This document shows, piece after piece, positions 10,461 to 20,770 of a stretch of 64,000 nt of DNA. The DNA lies in assembly GCA_964291215.2 (NCBI GenBank), contig OZ219790.1, forward strand, positions 2,336,001 through 2,400,000, given 5' to 3'. Positions within the stretch are counted from its first letter, which is position 1, and the number at the start of each line of letters is the position of its first letter. The DNA is from Alphaproteobacteria bacterium. Its GTDB lineage: Bacteria > Pseudomonadota > Alphaproteobacteria > MPNO01 > UBA830. Below the pieces are notes generated by a model. The model worked only from the letters and a program-made list of their open reading frames with translations, was not told where the DNA came from and did not search any database. The position numbers and the translations under genes are program-made.

Positions 10461-10748
10461 TCAGCACTCGGGCTTGGCGGCCAACACCTCATCAAGACTC
10501 GCGGCCACCAGCACCGCCTCCGCCCAGGCCTCCAGTTCGGCGGCCAACGCGCCGCGGAGCTGCTCGTGGACCACACCCGGCACATCACCGAAGCGCAACG
10601 CCAGTTGGCGAAGAAGAAGTTCTGCCAAGGCCTCTATCCGGCCTTCCTCCCGGCCCTCACTCCGGCCCCGTTCGATTCCCTTCTCGATTCCCTTCTCGAT
10701 TCCTTCAGCTCTTCCCTGTTCGATCCAGGCTTGCGCAACCGTGCCCAT
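10461..10748 (-). CDS. Putative RpnS-like small protein from an internal start in the Rpn gene
   Basis: GGAGG 5 nt upstream of ATG 10748; intact 95-aa ORF MGTVAQAWIEQG... Confidence 0.5.
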   Translation of the reverse strand: MGTVAQAWIEQGRAEGIEKGIEKGIERGRSEGREEGRIEALAELLLRQLALRFGDVPGVVHEQLRGALAAELEAWAEAVLVAASLDEVLAAKPEC

Positions 10749-11470
10749 CAGAGCCTCCCAGCGATCCGGCTTCGTCCGGCGCAGCGACGCCTCCAGCAAT
10801 GGCGGCGTCAGGTTCATGCGCTCGGCAATGTAGCGCACAATATGACGCTCGAACGCGCTCCCCGCAACCGGCCCGCCCACCATCTCGTCCAGAAGATCGG
10901 GCGGTATCTCCTCGGCATGAACGACTCTGAGCGCCAGAACGCACCTCGGGCGAGGCCGAGAGCCGATGCGGCGCGATCTCGCCAAGGTCGTGCACCACAT
11001 AGGCAAACTCCCTGACGAACGGCTCCAGCTCTCCGGGCGCGTCTATCATCCCCGGCACCGAGCGCGCCGCCGTCCAGCGGCCCCGGCCATGGTAGAAGAC
11101 CAGCGGGATGATCGCCGGCAGCCTGTCCCCGGCGCTGCCATTCTCGATCTCGCGGCGCCAGATGTTGACCATGTATTTCAGGAGCTGGAGTGGCGTGTCG
11201 GCGTCGACGCGGCTCTTGTGTTCGAGCAGCACATAGAGGCGCGCCTCGTGGCCGCTCCTCAGTCTCACCCGGAAGAGTGCGTCGCACTGGGTCCGCGCAG
11301 CGTCCTCGTCGACAAAGCTGCCCTCAACCGCCTCGGGCGGGGCCTCGGGGTCGAGGAGGCTCCGGCGGCAGGTACTCCGCGAGCAGCGCAGCGGCGCGGG
11401 TCGGCTCGGAGACCAGCGCGCGGAACAGCGCATCGTGCGGCGTCGCTGGAAGGCTCAAGACCTCCGGCAT
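10461..11470 (-). pseudogene. Rpn/YhgA-like (PD-(D/E)XK) nuclease, frameshifted over three frames
   Basis: PHDALFRAL, SFVD..DALFRV, YVLLEHKS, PLVFYHG and C-terminal EG(I/R)E(K/E)G repeats lie in different frames. Confidence 0.85.
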
Positions 11471-11703
11471 CGTCTCCGGGAGGCTCCCGACGGACAGCCC
11501 GCTCGCGGGCCGGAAGAGAAAGGACATTCGACATGGCGGCAACCTAAGCCGGGAACATCGGGTTCGCAATCGCCGGTGCCTACCTCGGGGACAGGCCGGA
11601 ACCGTCATGATGGCGGTAGTCCCCGAAGGTACCGACGGTGATACTGTCGGAAACACGGACGGCAGACGACGGCCCCGCGCACCGGATCCCGCGCCATTCA
11701 ATC

Positions 11704-13410
11704 AGGACTTTCCCACGCTGTGGTCGATGTCTTGAATGACCGCTGAACGGAGCATGAATTTCCGCATTCTTGTCAGGTTTTCTGGCTTTGGGGCCGTCCG
11801 CGGTCGTCGCCGGCGGTGTTATCGGCGCGTCGGCGGGTTGTGGGCGGCGTCCGGGAAGCGGCCGGACACCATTGGCGCTCAGGGCTGCGACGGCTTCCCG
11901 GCGGTCGAGCCGCCGCCGTGTTTCGGCGAAGCTCTCGCGTCGGGAAGATCACCGCGAGTACGATGTTGTCGAGGCTGGCGCGGTTTGCGGGTCAGGCAGG
12001 CGTCCTCGCCGAAGACGCAGTCTCGGTGGTTCATGTTTTCCACGGCCCGCGGCCGCAGCAGTTCCTCTGGCGACGCGTGTTGCGCATCGAGCTGATGTAC
12101 CGGCGTGGTCGTTGCCGCTCGCTGCGCCGCTGGCGCTCTTTCCCGGCGGCTCGCGGTAGCATGCGGGCGATCTGCCGGGGTAGTTGATCAGGTCCGGCAC
12201 GTATCGAGCGCTGCTCGAGACGGGCCTTGCCTCCTTGAAGCGGCCATCCGTCTCCCGGTCAATGCGGTCGAAGGTTTCGGGCGCCCTTGACCGGGAAGAT
12301 GTGGTCTGCGCCGCAGCGCCGGGTGATCAGCGTCGCCGGCGTCGTGCGGGTGATCACCTTGCCACGAACATCGGTGCGCTCGAGGAGGTGGCCGCCAGCT
12401 CGCCGTCGTCGAAGTTCAACAGCGCGAAGGGTGCGCCGGAGGCGTGAGGGCCACGGTCTCGTGGTGGCCGCCGCGGATGCGCTTGCCGTCGGCGGCAAGC
12501 GCCCGGGCGAGCCGGCGCCTGCCATGGCGGCCGAGCATGTTCTCGAGCGCCTCGGGATCGGACGACCCGGTGGAGGGTCGCCCCGGAGGGCGGCTCGCGC
12601 AGCCCGTCCTCGGTTTCCACCGATGGCCTCGTCCCGGGACAGCGACCGCGCAAACTGCGCAGCTGCCTTTCATGTTCGCAAGCTCGGCGAGAACGTGAGC
12701 ACACCGTGTGCTTCCTGCGCAGCGGAAGTCCTCGATCGCCGCCAGCTCGTCGTGCAGCGAACGCATCACCTCGGAACCCCGGGGAGCGAGGAGGCAGGCG
12801 GCGCCCGGCAGCGCCTGCGGGCGCGACAGCAGCCGCCGCGCCGCACAACGAAAATCTCCTTGCCATGGGGGGGCGGTGCAGCGCCCGCGGGCAAACCCCC
12901 TGGCACGCCAGCCCGCCGCCTTGTGCCCGCAAAACGCGCCGGATTGCAGAACGTCTCCACCACCTGGTGGCCGCAGACCCAGTCGTCGGCCAGCCGCCGC
13001 GTCGCAAGAAAGAAAGAGGCAAGGTTCGGAAACGTTCCCGGCGCCGCAAGCAGTCGCGTGTTGTCAGATCAAGCCACTGCTGCCCCGGCTTCCAGCCACC
13101 GGTCGCGGCACTTGAAGGCCCCGGCCAGACCACTGCCCCCTGAAGGACGCAATATGGCGCAGCCCCGCCAGACGGCGAAACCCGAGATAGTCGTCCATCA
13201 ACGCAGCGGACGCTCCTCAGGCTTCGCGAACCTCAACCCCTCTCGGAGGTCTCCTCGGACAGACCCTTCCGGAGCTGCGACGTGAATCGGACAGGACGCG
13301 ATGTGCTTGTGAACCGACATCCCCGCACCATGACAACTCCAGTGCAGGAAAGCCAGCGAAAACTGTAAAAAAATCTCCCGCACCAACCCGCGCCTCCGCA
13401 AAGCCCAGGT
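11704..13410 (-). mobile_element. Degenerate ISAs1-family element with N-terminal DUF4338 (DruA-like) region
   Basis: Fragments FPNLASFFL..RRLADDW..VETFCNPARFAGT, LAADGKRIRG, VENMNH.RDCVFGEDAC in shifting frames; boundaries approximate, no TSD found. Confidence 0.65.
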
Positions 13411-13619
13411 ACTGCCTTGAAAAATGGAACAGAATTTAGCGTAAGATCACCCTGCCAGCCCTTCCTGCGGTCGGTAGCGTAGAACGCGATCAGAGCTATG
13501 CCGAGCGCGACAGCGATGGCGTCGGGCCCGTCGGCAGCCTCTCCGATCACTGCCCGCAACGCCCATACACCGGACGCGGCCGCCATGGCATAGCCGAGCA
13601 CAGCCCCCAGGTTCCTCAC
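13233..13619 (-). CDS. Small two-TM membrane protein after dotA; 3' end probably replaced by IS sequence
   Basis: Starts 3 bp after the dotA stop; two hydrophobic segments in the first 50 aa. Confidence 0.4.
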   Translation of the reverse strand: MRNLGAVLGYAMAAASGVWALRAVIGEAADGPDAIAVALGIALIAFYATDRRKGWQGDLTLNSVPFFKAVPGLCGGAGWCGRFFYSFRWLSCTGVVMVRGCRFTSTSRPVRFTSQLRKGLSEETSERG

Positions 13620-13622
13620 GGC

Positions 13623-15707
13623 CTATCCCCGGGCACCCGGGCCGCGCGGCGCACGTAGCGCACCCAGCCGCGAAATCCCGCCAACAGCTGTTCCGATCAG
13701 CTGCTCGCCGCCGGCGTCGCCGCTGCCGCCGCGCGCGCCGATCCAGCCGAGAACCGCCTCCGGCAGCCGGTCAATCAGCCTGAATGCGCCGTTCATCAGC
13801 GCGAAGGCGATCATGACATAGAGCGTCAGCATCGCCAGAAACCCGATCGGCCCGAGCCCGTCCGCCCGTGCGGCATCGCGAAGCTGCGGCAGCCAGACAT
13901 CGTTGAACAGACCGATCGCCGCCAGAAACACGAAGTAGCCGAGTATCAGCCCGAACAGCATCAGCGGCGGCCGCAGCACCAGCGCCGGCAGGAACAACCA
14001 TCCCTGGCGCGTGGCGCGGACCGCAAGACGGTTGCCGTCCTCGCGCGTGACATGCGCGGCCGCGAGGATGGTAACCGCGAGGATCGCCTCGACGATGGAG
14101 AGCAGCCATCCGAAGATACCGAACAGGAAGCGGATGAACGGCAGGGCCGGCAGCACGTATGCAAGCACGATCCCGGCGATCAGCAGGATGCCGAGGATCA
14201 GCGACACGAAGCCGTCAGTAACCCGCCACACCGCTTCGAACACGTCCAGCCCCTTTCCGAAGAACGGGATCGATTCCAGCAGCCCCGATCCCGCGGCCGC
14301 GCCCGAGAGCGCGACGATTGCCGTCATTGCGGCCGCGATGAGGTCATGGCCGAACCCCGCCAGGTCGGCAACCGGATTGCCGCCATCGGCGATGATCGTG
14401 GCATCAAGATCGATGAACGCGAACAGGCTGTCCGCCAGCCCGCGATCGCCGCCGGCCGCCGCCGGAAGCGATCCGGTCACGCCGGCCGCCGTGGAAAAGA
14501 ACACGGGCTGGTAGCGCGACGACCGGGAGAAGCCGGCGATCAGTGCCTTGACCGCCGCGGCCGCCTGCGGCGACCAGTCCTCGAGGCCGGGAAGCGGCAG
14601 CGCCGCGTCGGGCACGTTGTGAACCGCCGTCTGGAACAGTCCCGTGCGCGACGCGACGGTATTGAAGAAACCGGCGGCCGCAAGCCAGCTCGTTGCCGCC
14701 GCATCGGCCGCAACAAGCTCTTGCAGCGCCACCTGTTCGGCCGTTGCGGCACGGCCGAGCTCGGCATCGAGAACCGCAGCATAGGCGTCGGCCAGGCCGC
14801 GCCGGTCAAGCTCCGGTTCGAGATCAGGCAGCGGACTTCCGTAGACCGACGACCCGGGCACGAAGCGGTCGCCGAGCTCGGCCGCAAGCTCACCTATCGC
14901 CGGAAACAGACCCTCGAGGGCGCGGCGATGACCGTGCGCCGCGATGCCGCGGGATCCCGATTCAGCGAGACCGTCGAAACGGATCACACCGCACAGGTCG
15001 TTCGGCATGCCCTGACTGGCGCCGTCGTAATGATGCGAAACGGCGGCCGCGCTGCGCTCGGTCCTGCGCCGAACATACGGACCGTCGCCGACGGCACGGG
15101 CTCCGGCATTGGCGACATGGGCACAGGTCTCCGAAAGCAGCGTCCTCGCGATCGCGGACCGCCAGGCAGCAGCCTTCGGCCGCGGCACGATCGGAGTGCC
15201 CTGACCCAGCACCTGCTCGGAGAACGGCCTCCAGATCGCATTTGCAAAGTCGCCGCCAAGCGCCGCAAGCCCGAGAGCGGCGTGCTGAGCGCCGTTCATG
15301 CCGCCCGGAAGGGGTGCCATCAGCGCAACCGCCGTCACGATGCGGACGATCTCCCACGCGCCGATGCCGGGGCGCCCCTCGCGCGCCGTGTCGAGTGTGC
15401 CCGCCACCGCGTGAAACACGAGGAGAAACCCTGCGAGCACCAGGACTCCGGTGTTAAACACAAAAAGCATGTCGCCGAGCGCCGCGTGGCGCGCGACATC
15501 CAGGTCGCCGAGAAAGGCGAGCACGCTCCGTGTCGCTGCATCCGCATCGCCGAAGATCCCCGGATCGACGGTCTGGGCGCCGGCGCGGCGCGGCGCCAGG
15601 CCCGACACCACGACCAGGGCCATCAGGCGCGCCCTCCTGTGGCGGCGCACGGTGTTGACCCGCGGCGGCGCGTCAGCAGGCCGTGGCACTATTCGCAGTG
15701 TCCCCAT
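13623..15707 (-). CDS. dotA: DotA/TraY family type IVB secretion membrane protein
   Basis: N-terminal TMs with TAREG..W..VR..MAPLPGG, large periplasmic domain, C-terminal LPFI..W...VEA..AAAH..GW..LVLRPPLM..LPEAVLGWIG. Confidence 0.88.
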   Translation of the reverse strand: MGTLRIVPRPADAPPRVNTVRRHRRARLMALVVVSGLAPRRAGAQTVDPGIFGDADAATRSVLAFLGDLDVARHAALGDMLFVFNTGVLVLAGFLLVFHAVAGTLDTAREGRPGIGAWEIVRIVTAVALMAPLPGGMNGAQHAALGLAALGGDFANAIWRPFSEQVLGQGTPIVPRPKAAAWRSAIARTLLSETCAHVANAGARAVGDGPYVRRRTERSAAAVSHHYDGASQGMPNDLCGVIRFDGLAESGSRGIAAHGHRRALEGLFPAIGELAAELGDRFVPGSSVYGSPLPDLEPELDRRGLADAYAAVLDAELGRAATAEQVALQELVAADAAATSWLAAAGFFNTVASRTGLFQTAVHNVPDAALPLPGLEDWSPQAAAAVKALIAGFSRSSRYQPVFFSTAAGVTGSLPAAAGGDRGLADSLFAFIDLDATIIADGGNPVADLAGFGHDLIAAAMTAIVALSGAAAGSGLLESIPFFGKGLDVFEAVWRVTDGFVSLILGILLIAGIVLAYVLPALPFIRFLFGIFGWLLSIVEAILAVTILAAAHVTREDGNRLAVRATRQGWLFLPALVLRPPLMLFGLILGYFVFLAAIGLFNDVWLPQLRDAARADGLGPIGFLAMLTLYVMIAFALMNGAFRLIDRLPEAVLGWIGARGGSGDAGGEQLIGTAVGGISRLGALRAPRGPGARG

Positions 15708-15712
15708 CGCAG

Positions 15713-16861
15713 TCAGTTCGTTCCGCTTCCCGGATTGGCGAGGCCGGGAAGGCGGCGCATGCCTTCGGCGGCGATTCCGAGATGCGCGGCGTCCATTGCG
15801 CCGCGGCGCTCGTCGAGCCGGAATCTCTCCCACCCGAGCATCAGCGACAGCGCCTGCAGCGTCACCAGTTCGCGCAGAAGGGCGGCCTCGGGCATGGCCT
15901 GGAGGCTGACGAACCAGTTCGGATCGTCGAAGCGCCTGCTGGCCAGCGTCTCGATGAGCTCGTACCTGCTGACCGGCCGCGCCGGGTCGCGCCCGGAAGA
16001 CGGCACGACGGCGGCAGCCCAGGCGCCGAGATCGGCGCCGGGCGCCCGCAGTGACCGCGCATGCGCGAAATAGTCGCTCGCCAGCGCCGTCCGCGCATCG
16101 GCGGCGCGGCCGAGCAGCACCCGCCGCCGCTCCTGGTCAGTCCCGGCCGATGCCAGCGGCAGCGGGTCGTGGATTACCGGGGCCGCGAGGTTGCGCGACA
16201 GCTCGATTGCCGTGTGCAACGCGCGGCGGTCCTTGAAGGTCGAGTGGTCGAAGAGATTGGCGGGCCTGAGGTCGGCGGCATGGAGCGCAGCATCGCCGCT
16301 GCACACGGCGGAATCTCCGGTCGTGCGCGCCGCGCTGCAATGGGTGGACACCATGGTGTCGAAGCGCGCGGCGGTGTCGGCCGCGCTGCCTGTCGCCGCG
16401 ACCACCGACGGGTCGTTGGCAATGCGGGCGGTTTCGACATCGGCAGCCCGGCCGTGCGCCGTGGCGGCCGCGGCTCGGCTCGGCGCGAGCCCGGCAAGAC
16501 CGGTAACCGCTGCACAGCCATTCGGCACCGGGCGGTGCGCCTGCTTGCTTTGCGCCTCATGGGCCTCGCGCACGGTCTGCGCCTGCAGTCGGGTCTGTGC
16601 GTCGAGGGCCTGGATCACGGCCTTCGTGCCCTGGGCCTGGTAGCCTGAAAGCTGCCCGGTCTGCAAGCGCAGCGCCTCGACGATCGACGCCTCCATCTCG
16701 TCGAGGTCGCGGCCGATGCCGCGGAGCACCCGGTTGGCCTCGATGCGGTCATTGTCGGTGCGGTCGCACTTGAGCGCGAACGCACCTCCCGGTGCCGCCG
16801 CAACCCCCACAAGGCCCGCGACCGCGGCCGCCCGCAGAACCGCTGCCACCCCGGCCGTCAT
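15713..16861 (-). CDS. Secreted Cys-containing T4BSS-associated protein (TraW position)
   Basis: Signal peptide, Gln/Ala-rich helix, paired Cys; between icmB and dotA; start overlaps the upstream stop. Confidence 0.6.
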   Translation of the reverse strand: MTAGVAAVLRAAAVAGLVGVAAAPGGAFALKCDRTDNDRIEANRVLRGIGRDLDEMEASIVEALRLQTGQLSGYQAQGTKAVIQALDAQTRLQAQTVREAHEAQSKQAHRPVPNGCAAVTGLAGLAPSRAAAATAHGRAADVETARIANDPSVVAATGSAADTAARFDTMVSTHCSAARTTGDSAVCSGDAALHAADLRPANLFDHSTFKDRRALHTAIELSRNLAAPVIHDPLPLASAGTDQERRRVLLGRAADARTALASDYFAHARSLRAPGADLGAWAAAVVPSSGRDPARPVSRYELIETLASRRFDDPNWFVSLQAMPEAALLRELVTLQALSLMLGWERFRLDERRGAMDAAHLGIAAEGMRRLPGLANPGSGTN

Positions 16862-17409
16862 TGCTCCGCACCGATGACATGGCGCAGGCTGCGGGCGCTG
16901 CCGCCGTCGGAGAGGAGGCCGGAGCCCGGCACGGGCCCGACCCCGGGGAGAAGCGGTGCGCCGTCGACATAGAGACGGGTATCGGGACCGCGCCCCACAT
17001 ACCGACCATAGGCCTCGCGGGCCGCAGCGCAGATCCGCCTCCGGGTGAGGCCCAGAATGTCCCGTATCGCGCGGCCGGGATCGAAGAACATGTTGAACGC
17101 GCGATAGGCAAACAGATTCTCGACACAGGAGAAGTTGAAGATCGAATCCGGATTGCGGATGCCGCTCCGCGGATCGCGAATGAGCGCCGCGTCCTCGGCG
17201 ACGCCGGCCCGGCCGCTTGCGGCAAGGGCCTCGCGGACGGACGCGTCGCAGGCGGCAGGGGGCGCACCTGCGGCGCCCGTACCGGCAGCGCCCGCCCAGA
17301 GGAGCATGCCCACAACGGCTGCCGCGAGCCGGGCCGGCACCCTGCCGTTGCGCGAAGCGCTCCGGCATCCGTTAGCCTTCGACATTCCGTCCGCCTCCTT
17401 TTCCGCCAC
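16858..17409 (-). CDS. Exported T4BSS-associated hypothetical protein (TraV position)
   Basis: Signal-like N-terminus, three spaced Cys (AC, FSC, IC); tightly coupled in the operon. Confidence 0.6.
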   Translation of the reverse strand: MAEKEADGMSKANGCRSASRNGRVPARLAAAVVGMLLWAGAAGTGAAGAPPAACDASVREALAASGRAGVAEDAALIRDPRSGIRNPDSIFNFSCVENLFAYRAFNMFFDPGRAIRDILGLTRRRICAAAREAYGRYVGRGPDTRLYVDGAPLLPGVGPVPGSGLLSDGGSARSLRHVIGAEQ

Positions 17410-17414
17410 TGCGG

Positions 17415-20402
17415 TCAGGCCGCCAAGGTCGCGGCCGCCAGATTCTCGGCCAGCAGGTCGAGCACGTCACTCTCCGAAGCCGCGTTGCGGCCACCGCGAA
17501 GCTCGTGCCGCCGCAATTCCGCGTCGATTCGCTCGCCTGCCGTGCCCGACGGGAAATGCCGCCCCAGGACCGCCCGTGCCGCCGCCGGCGGCAGCCGGCC
17601 GTAAAGCCGGTCGCGCAACGCGACATCGCGCGGACTTGTCGTCAGCGCCCACAGCTCGACCGGCCCCGGCACGTTGTAGACAAGCTGCTCGAACCGGCCG
17701 CCCCGGCGGCTTGCGATCAGAAGCGCCGGCGCGCCGCCAGAGCCGGGGCCGGTGAGCTCGTAGCTGATGGCGTCCGCAAGGACATCGCTCAGCGCGAAGA
17801 CCCCGGACAACGTTTCAATCTCGCGGATCTTGCCGCCGGCGCCGAGGAGCCAGTAGCGGTTCGCGAGTTCCACCAGCGACGGCCCGAAATCCTCGAGCCG
17901 TTGCGATGACAACGCCATTTGCACCCGGAGCTTCCGCGCCTCGCGCACGTCCCGTTCGACCTGTGCCCTGACCGCCGGCGCTCCGCCTGTCCTGTGGAAC
18001 TCGTCGAAACACAATCGCTTCGGGGTCTCGCGGATGATGCGGAGGCGCGCCTCGTGCCAGCCGCGGTAGCGTTCGGCAATCTCGGGCAGCATCTCCTCGC
18101 CGATCCACCAGTGGCGCGTCAGCGCGTGGCGGGCCAGCATGTAGAAGGCGGCCGTCTGCCGGTCGGCCTCGACCGATCCCCGGGGCGCGACATCTCCGAG
18201 ATCGATCGCAGCCGTGCGCACGCTGCCGATGTCGAAGGCGGTGGGAGCAAACATCACTGGCCAGCTTGCCGCCAGCGACGAGAGGATCCTGGTGAAGGCC
18301 TGGGTCACCGTCTCGCTGCCGGCACCGAAGCGCACATCCCCGACCAGGGCCTGGATGCGGGGTTCGCGCACGGCCGCCACGAAGTCGCCGAGGAGCGGCA
18401 CCGCATGGCGCTGCGCGCGGGCCGCGGCATCGGGGAGGCCCGCGGCGAACAGGATGTCGACCACCTCCCACCAAAGCGCGTCAGCGGGGAGGTGGGCGCC
18501 CGATTCCGCGAGCGCACGGTCGACAGCGCCGTCGATGCCCGGAGAGTGGACGCGCGGTTCTGCGCCCGCGACGCCATCGGAACGCATCTCGTAGGCGCGG
18601 GCGATGGTCGGACCGATCAGTTCGCGCATGCCGTCGGGCACGCCGTAGGCGCCGGCCGGGGTCAGCATGAGGCTCAGCAGGTTTTCGAGAAAGGCGCGCT
18701 CCGTGGACAGTGGCTCCCGGCAACCGAGCTGCGTGTCACAGGGGTTAATCGCGCAGTCCCGTGTCATCCGGAGCCGGAACCATCCGGCTTCCGCGCGCCG
18801 CGCCGGCGGCAGCGCCTCGCGGACGAGCGATACCAGACCCGCCGATGACGGGCCGATATCGATCACGGCGTTGAACGGAAGCTGCGACCGGCTGCCCTGG
18901 AGGCTGAAGGCAAGGCCGAGGCTGTTCAGGAGGACGGACTTCCCGCGACCGGGAACGCCGTAGATCAGCTCGAAACCGAAATCGTCGTCCTCCTCGAAGG
19001 AAAACGGCAGCATCCGGCCGTCGCGGCTGCGAAAGAGATGGTTGGGCCTTGCCGAGGTCAGCGGCGCCGGCCTGTCGACCGGCATCAGGCGGAGCGCCTC
19101 GGCAAGCGGCACCGCGGCGGCCTGGGCAGTGCCGCCGCAGCAGAAACCCGGAACCGATGCGGCGAAAGCCTCCAGCGGATCTCCCACCAGCGCCGAAAAC
19201 ACGGTCTCCCCCCAGCCCTCGGCGAGTTGCTGCAGGCGGCTAAGCCGCGCAGCCAGCGCACGCTCGCCCGCGTCGCTGGCGATCCACGTCAGCAGCCCGA
19301 CTCGAAGGCGGACGACGGCCCGGGAATCGGCCCGGAACGCGTCGAGATCGCGCATCGCGTTGCGCACGAGCTGGCTGTCATCGGAGGAGAAGGCGAGGAA
19401 CGAAGCCGCGATGCGCGACAACCGGGCGTCGAGCCCGCACAGCGCGCCGCCCTCGACCAGCATGGAGAACCGGAACGGCAACCCGGCATCGCCGAGCCTG
19501 TCCATCAGTTCGGCGAAGGGCCGCGCCCGCCGCGGTCCAAGCGTCATGTCGAGCGCGCCATAGCGGCGTTCGCCAATCGCCAGCCCGCCAGGCTGGCGCA
19601 CGGGATCCACGGCAAGGATCTGGGGCGCAAGCGGCGGCGGGCAGGCGCCATCTTCCGGCGGATCGGTGATGCGCGCAGGCGTGTCGTCCGCCGCGGTTGC
19701 CGGACGCCAGTCCGGTGCCGTCGACCGGGGCCCGTTCAAGAGCCGCCGCATGTGTCCGAGCGCCGATCCGGCGTCGAGCCTGGCGGCCACGAGACCGGTT
19801 TCCGCGAACACCCCGTCGATCACCGCAAGAAACGCTTCGTGCCGCGGTACCAGCGCATCGTGGACCGCAAGAGGGCACTGCGAATCCCGGATGTCGGCCG
19901 GCCAGCCGGCAAGGCGCGCGCGCAGACGCCTGCGGTCGCGCCTTTCCTGCTGCGCGGTAAGCGCCGAAGGCCGCGTCCAGGCAGCGGCGACAAGCGTTTC
20001 GGCGGCAAGGAGCCCCGCAAGATGCCGGCTGCGTTCGGCCAAGAGGTCGTCCAGCTCGAGGCCAAGCCTTTCGGCCTGGAGCCGCTGGCGGCCATTGACG
20101 GATTCGACCAGAAGATCCGCTTCGTCGGGAGCACGTTCGAGCACGACATGCAGCGCGTGGCCGGGTTCGGAAAAGCTGTTGTTGAGGCGGTGCGCCGCCA
20201 GTTCGACGAAGCGGTCGAGCTGGCCGGCGCCCATGATCGCACGCGCGCCGTCGATCCGGCAGAGCGAGACCAGCGAGCCGTCGCGGCACAGCAGGACATC
20301 GCGGCCGAGGGCGGCCGCCGGCAGCATAAAGCTCTCCAGCGGCTTGCGCCGCAGCGTCCAGGCGAGACCCGCGGCATCCTCGAAAACCGTGCGGAGCGCC
20401 AC
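17415..20402 (-). CDS. icmB: IcmB/DotO/TraU VirB4-like ATPase
   Basis: 995 aa; Walker A GVPGRGKS, IDIGPSS, INPCDTQLGCR.P, FDEFHRT, REARK, ELWALTT. Confidence 0.92.
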   Translation of the reverse strand: MALRTVFEDAAGLAWTLRRKPLESFMLPAAALGRDVLLCRDGSLVSLCRIDGARAIMGAGQLDRFVELAAHRLNNSFSEPGHALHVVLERAPDEADLLVESVNGRQRLQAERLGLELDDLLAERSRHLAGLLAAETLVAAAWTRPSALTAQQERRDRRRLRARLAGWPADIRDSQCPLAVHDALVPRHEAFLAVIDGVFAETGLVAARLDAGSALGHMRRLLNGPRSTAPDWRPATAADDTPARITDPPEDGACPPPLAPQILAVDPVRQPGGLAIGERRYGALDMTLGPRRARPFAELMDRLGDAGLPFRFSMLVEGGALCGLDARLSRIAASFLAFSSDDSQLVRNAMRDLDAFRADSRAVVRLRVGLLTWIASDAGERALAARLSRLQQLAEGWGETVFSALVGDPLEAFAASVPGFCCGGTAQAAAVPLAEALRLMPVDRPAPLTSARPNHLFRSRDGRMLPFSFEEDDDFGFELIYGVPGRGKSVLLNSLGLAFSLQGSRSQLPFNAVIDIGPSSAGLVSLVREALPPARRAEAGWFRLRMTRDCAINPCDTQLGCREPLSTERAFLENLLSLMLTPAGAYGVPDGMRELIGPTIARAYEMRSDGVAGAEPRVHSPGIDGAVDRALAESGAHLPADALWWEVVDILFAAGLPDAAARAQRHAVPLLGDFVAAVREPRIQALVGDVRFGAGSETVTQAFTRILSSLAASWPVMFAPTAFDIGSVRTAAIDLGDVAPRGSVEADRQTAAFYMLARHALTRHWWIGEEMLPEIAERYRGWHEARLRIIRETPKRLCFDEFHRTGGAPAVRAQVERDVREARKLRVQMALSSQRLEDFGPSLVELANRYWLLGAGGKIREIETLSGVFALSDVLADAISYELTGPGSGGAPALLIASRRGGRFEQLVYNVPGPVELWALTTSPRDVALRDRLYGRLPPAAARAVLGRHFPSGTAGERIDAELRRHELRGGRNAASESDVLDLLAENLAAATLAA

Positions 20403-20412
20403 CGGCGGTGCC

Positions 20413-20757
20413 CTAGAGCCGTGGCCGCGTGACCGTTCGGGCGCCGCTGTCGAGCCCGATGGTCTCGGCGAGGCCGTTGATCACGGCGGGAGTGGCAATC
20501 AGCGCCACTCCGATAAGAACTGCGATCAGCCCGCTGCCGATGGTCGTCTGCTGCGGGTGGTCGACGTGGCGCTTGAGCTTGAGGAGCCCGAAACCCACGA
20601 CGCCGGCGCCGATGATGTAGAACGCGACCGCGAGAAGCGCCGGCACGGCCTCGAGATCGGATGCCGCCCGGCTCGCCATGTCGCCAAGCGAGACCGCGGA
20701 CGCCGGAACGGCGCCGACGGACGCAGCAAGGGCCGCGGGCACGGCAGATCGTTTCAT
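20413..20757 (-). CDS. icmD: IcmD/DotP (TraR-like) pilin-like protein
   Basis: Signal peptide, SLGDMAS, YIIG..GLLKLKRHVDHPQQ..IG..LI..P pattern. Confidence 0.75.
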   Translation of the reverse strand: MKRSAVPAALAASVGAVPASAVSLGDMASRAASDLEAVPALLAVAFYIIGAGVVGFGLLKLKRHVDHPQQTTIGSGLIAVLIGVALIATPAVINGLAETIGLDSGARTVTRPRL

Positions 20758-20770
20758 TGGTCGTCTCCCT

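Noticed and set aside
10665-10710. Short tandem repeats as a CRISPR array
   Set aside because: 12-bp coding repeats (GIEK) of the Rpn C-terminus with no spacers; no CRISPR array or cas gene was seen anywhere in the window.
13233-13619. Entry-exclusion gene excA
   Set aside because: Only the position after traY/dotA fits; no sequence support, and the 3' end appears disrupted.
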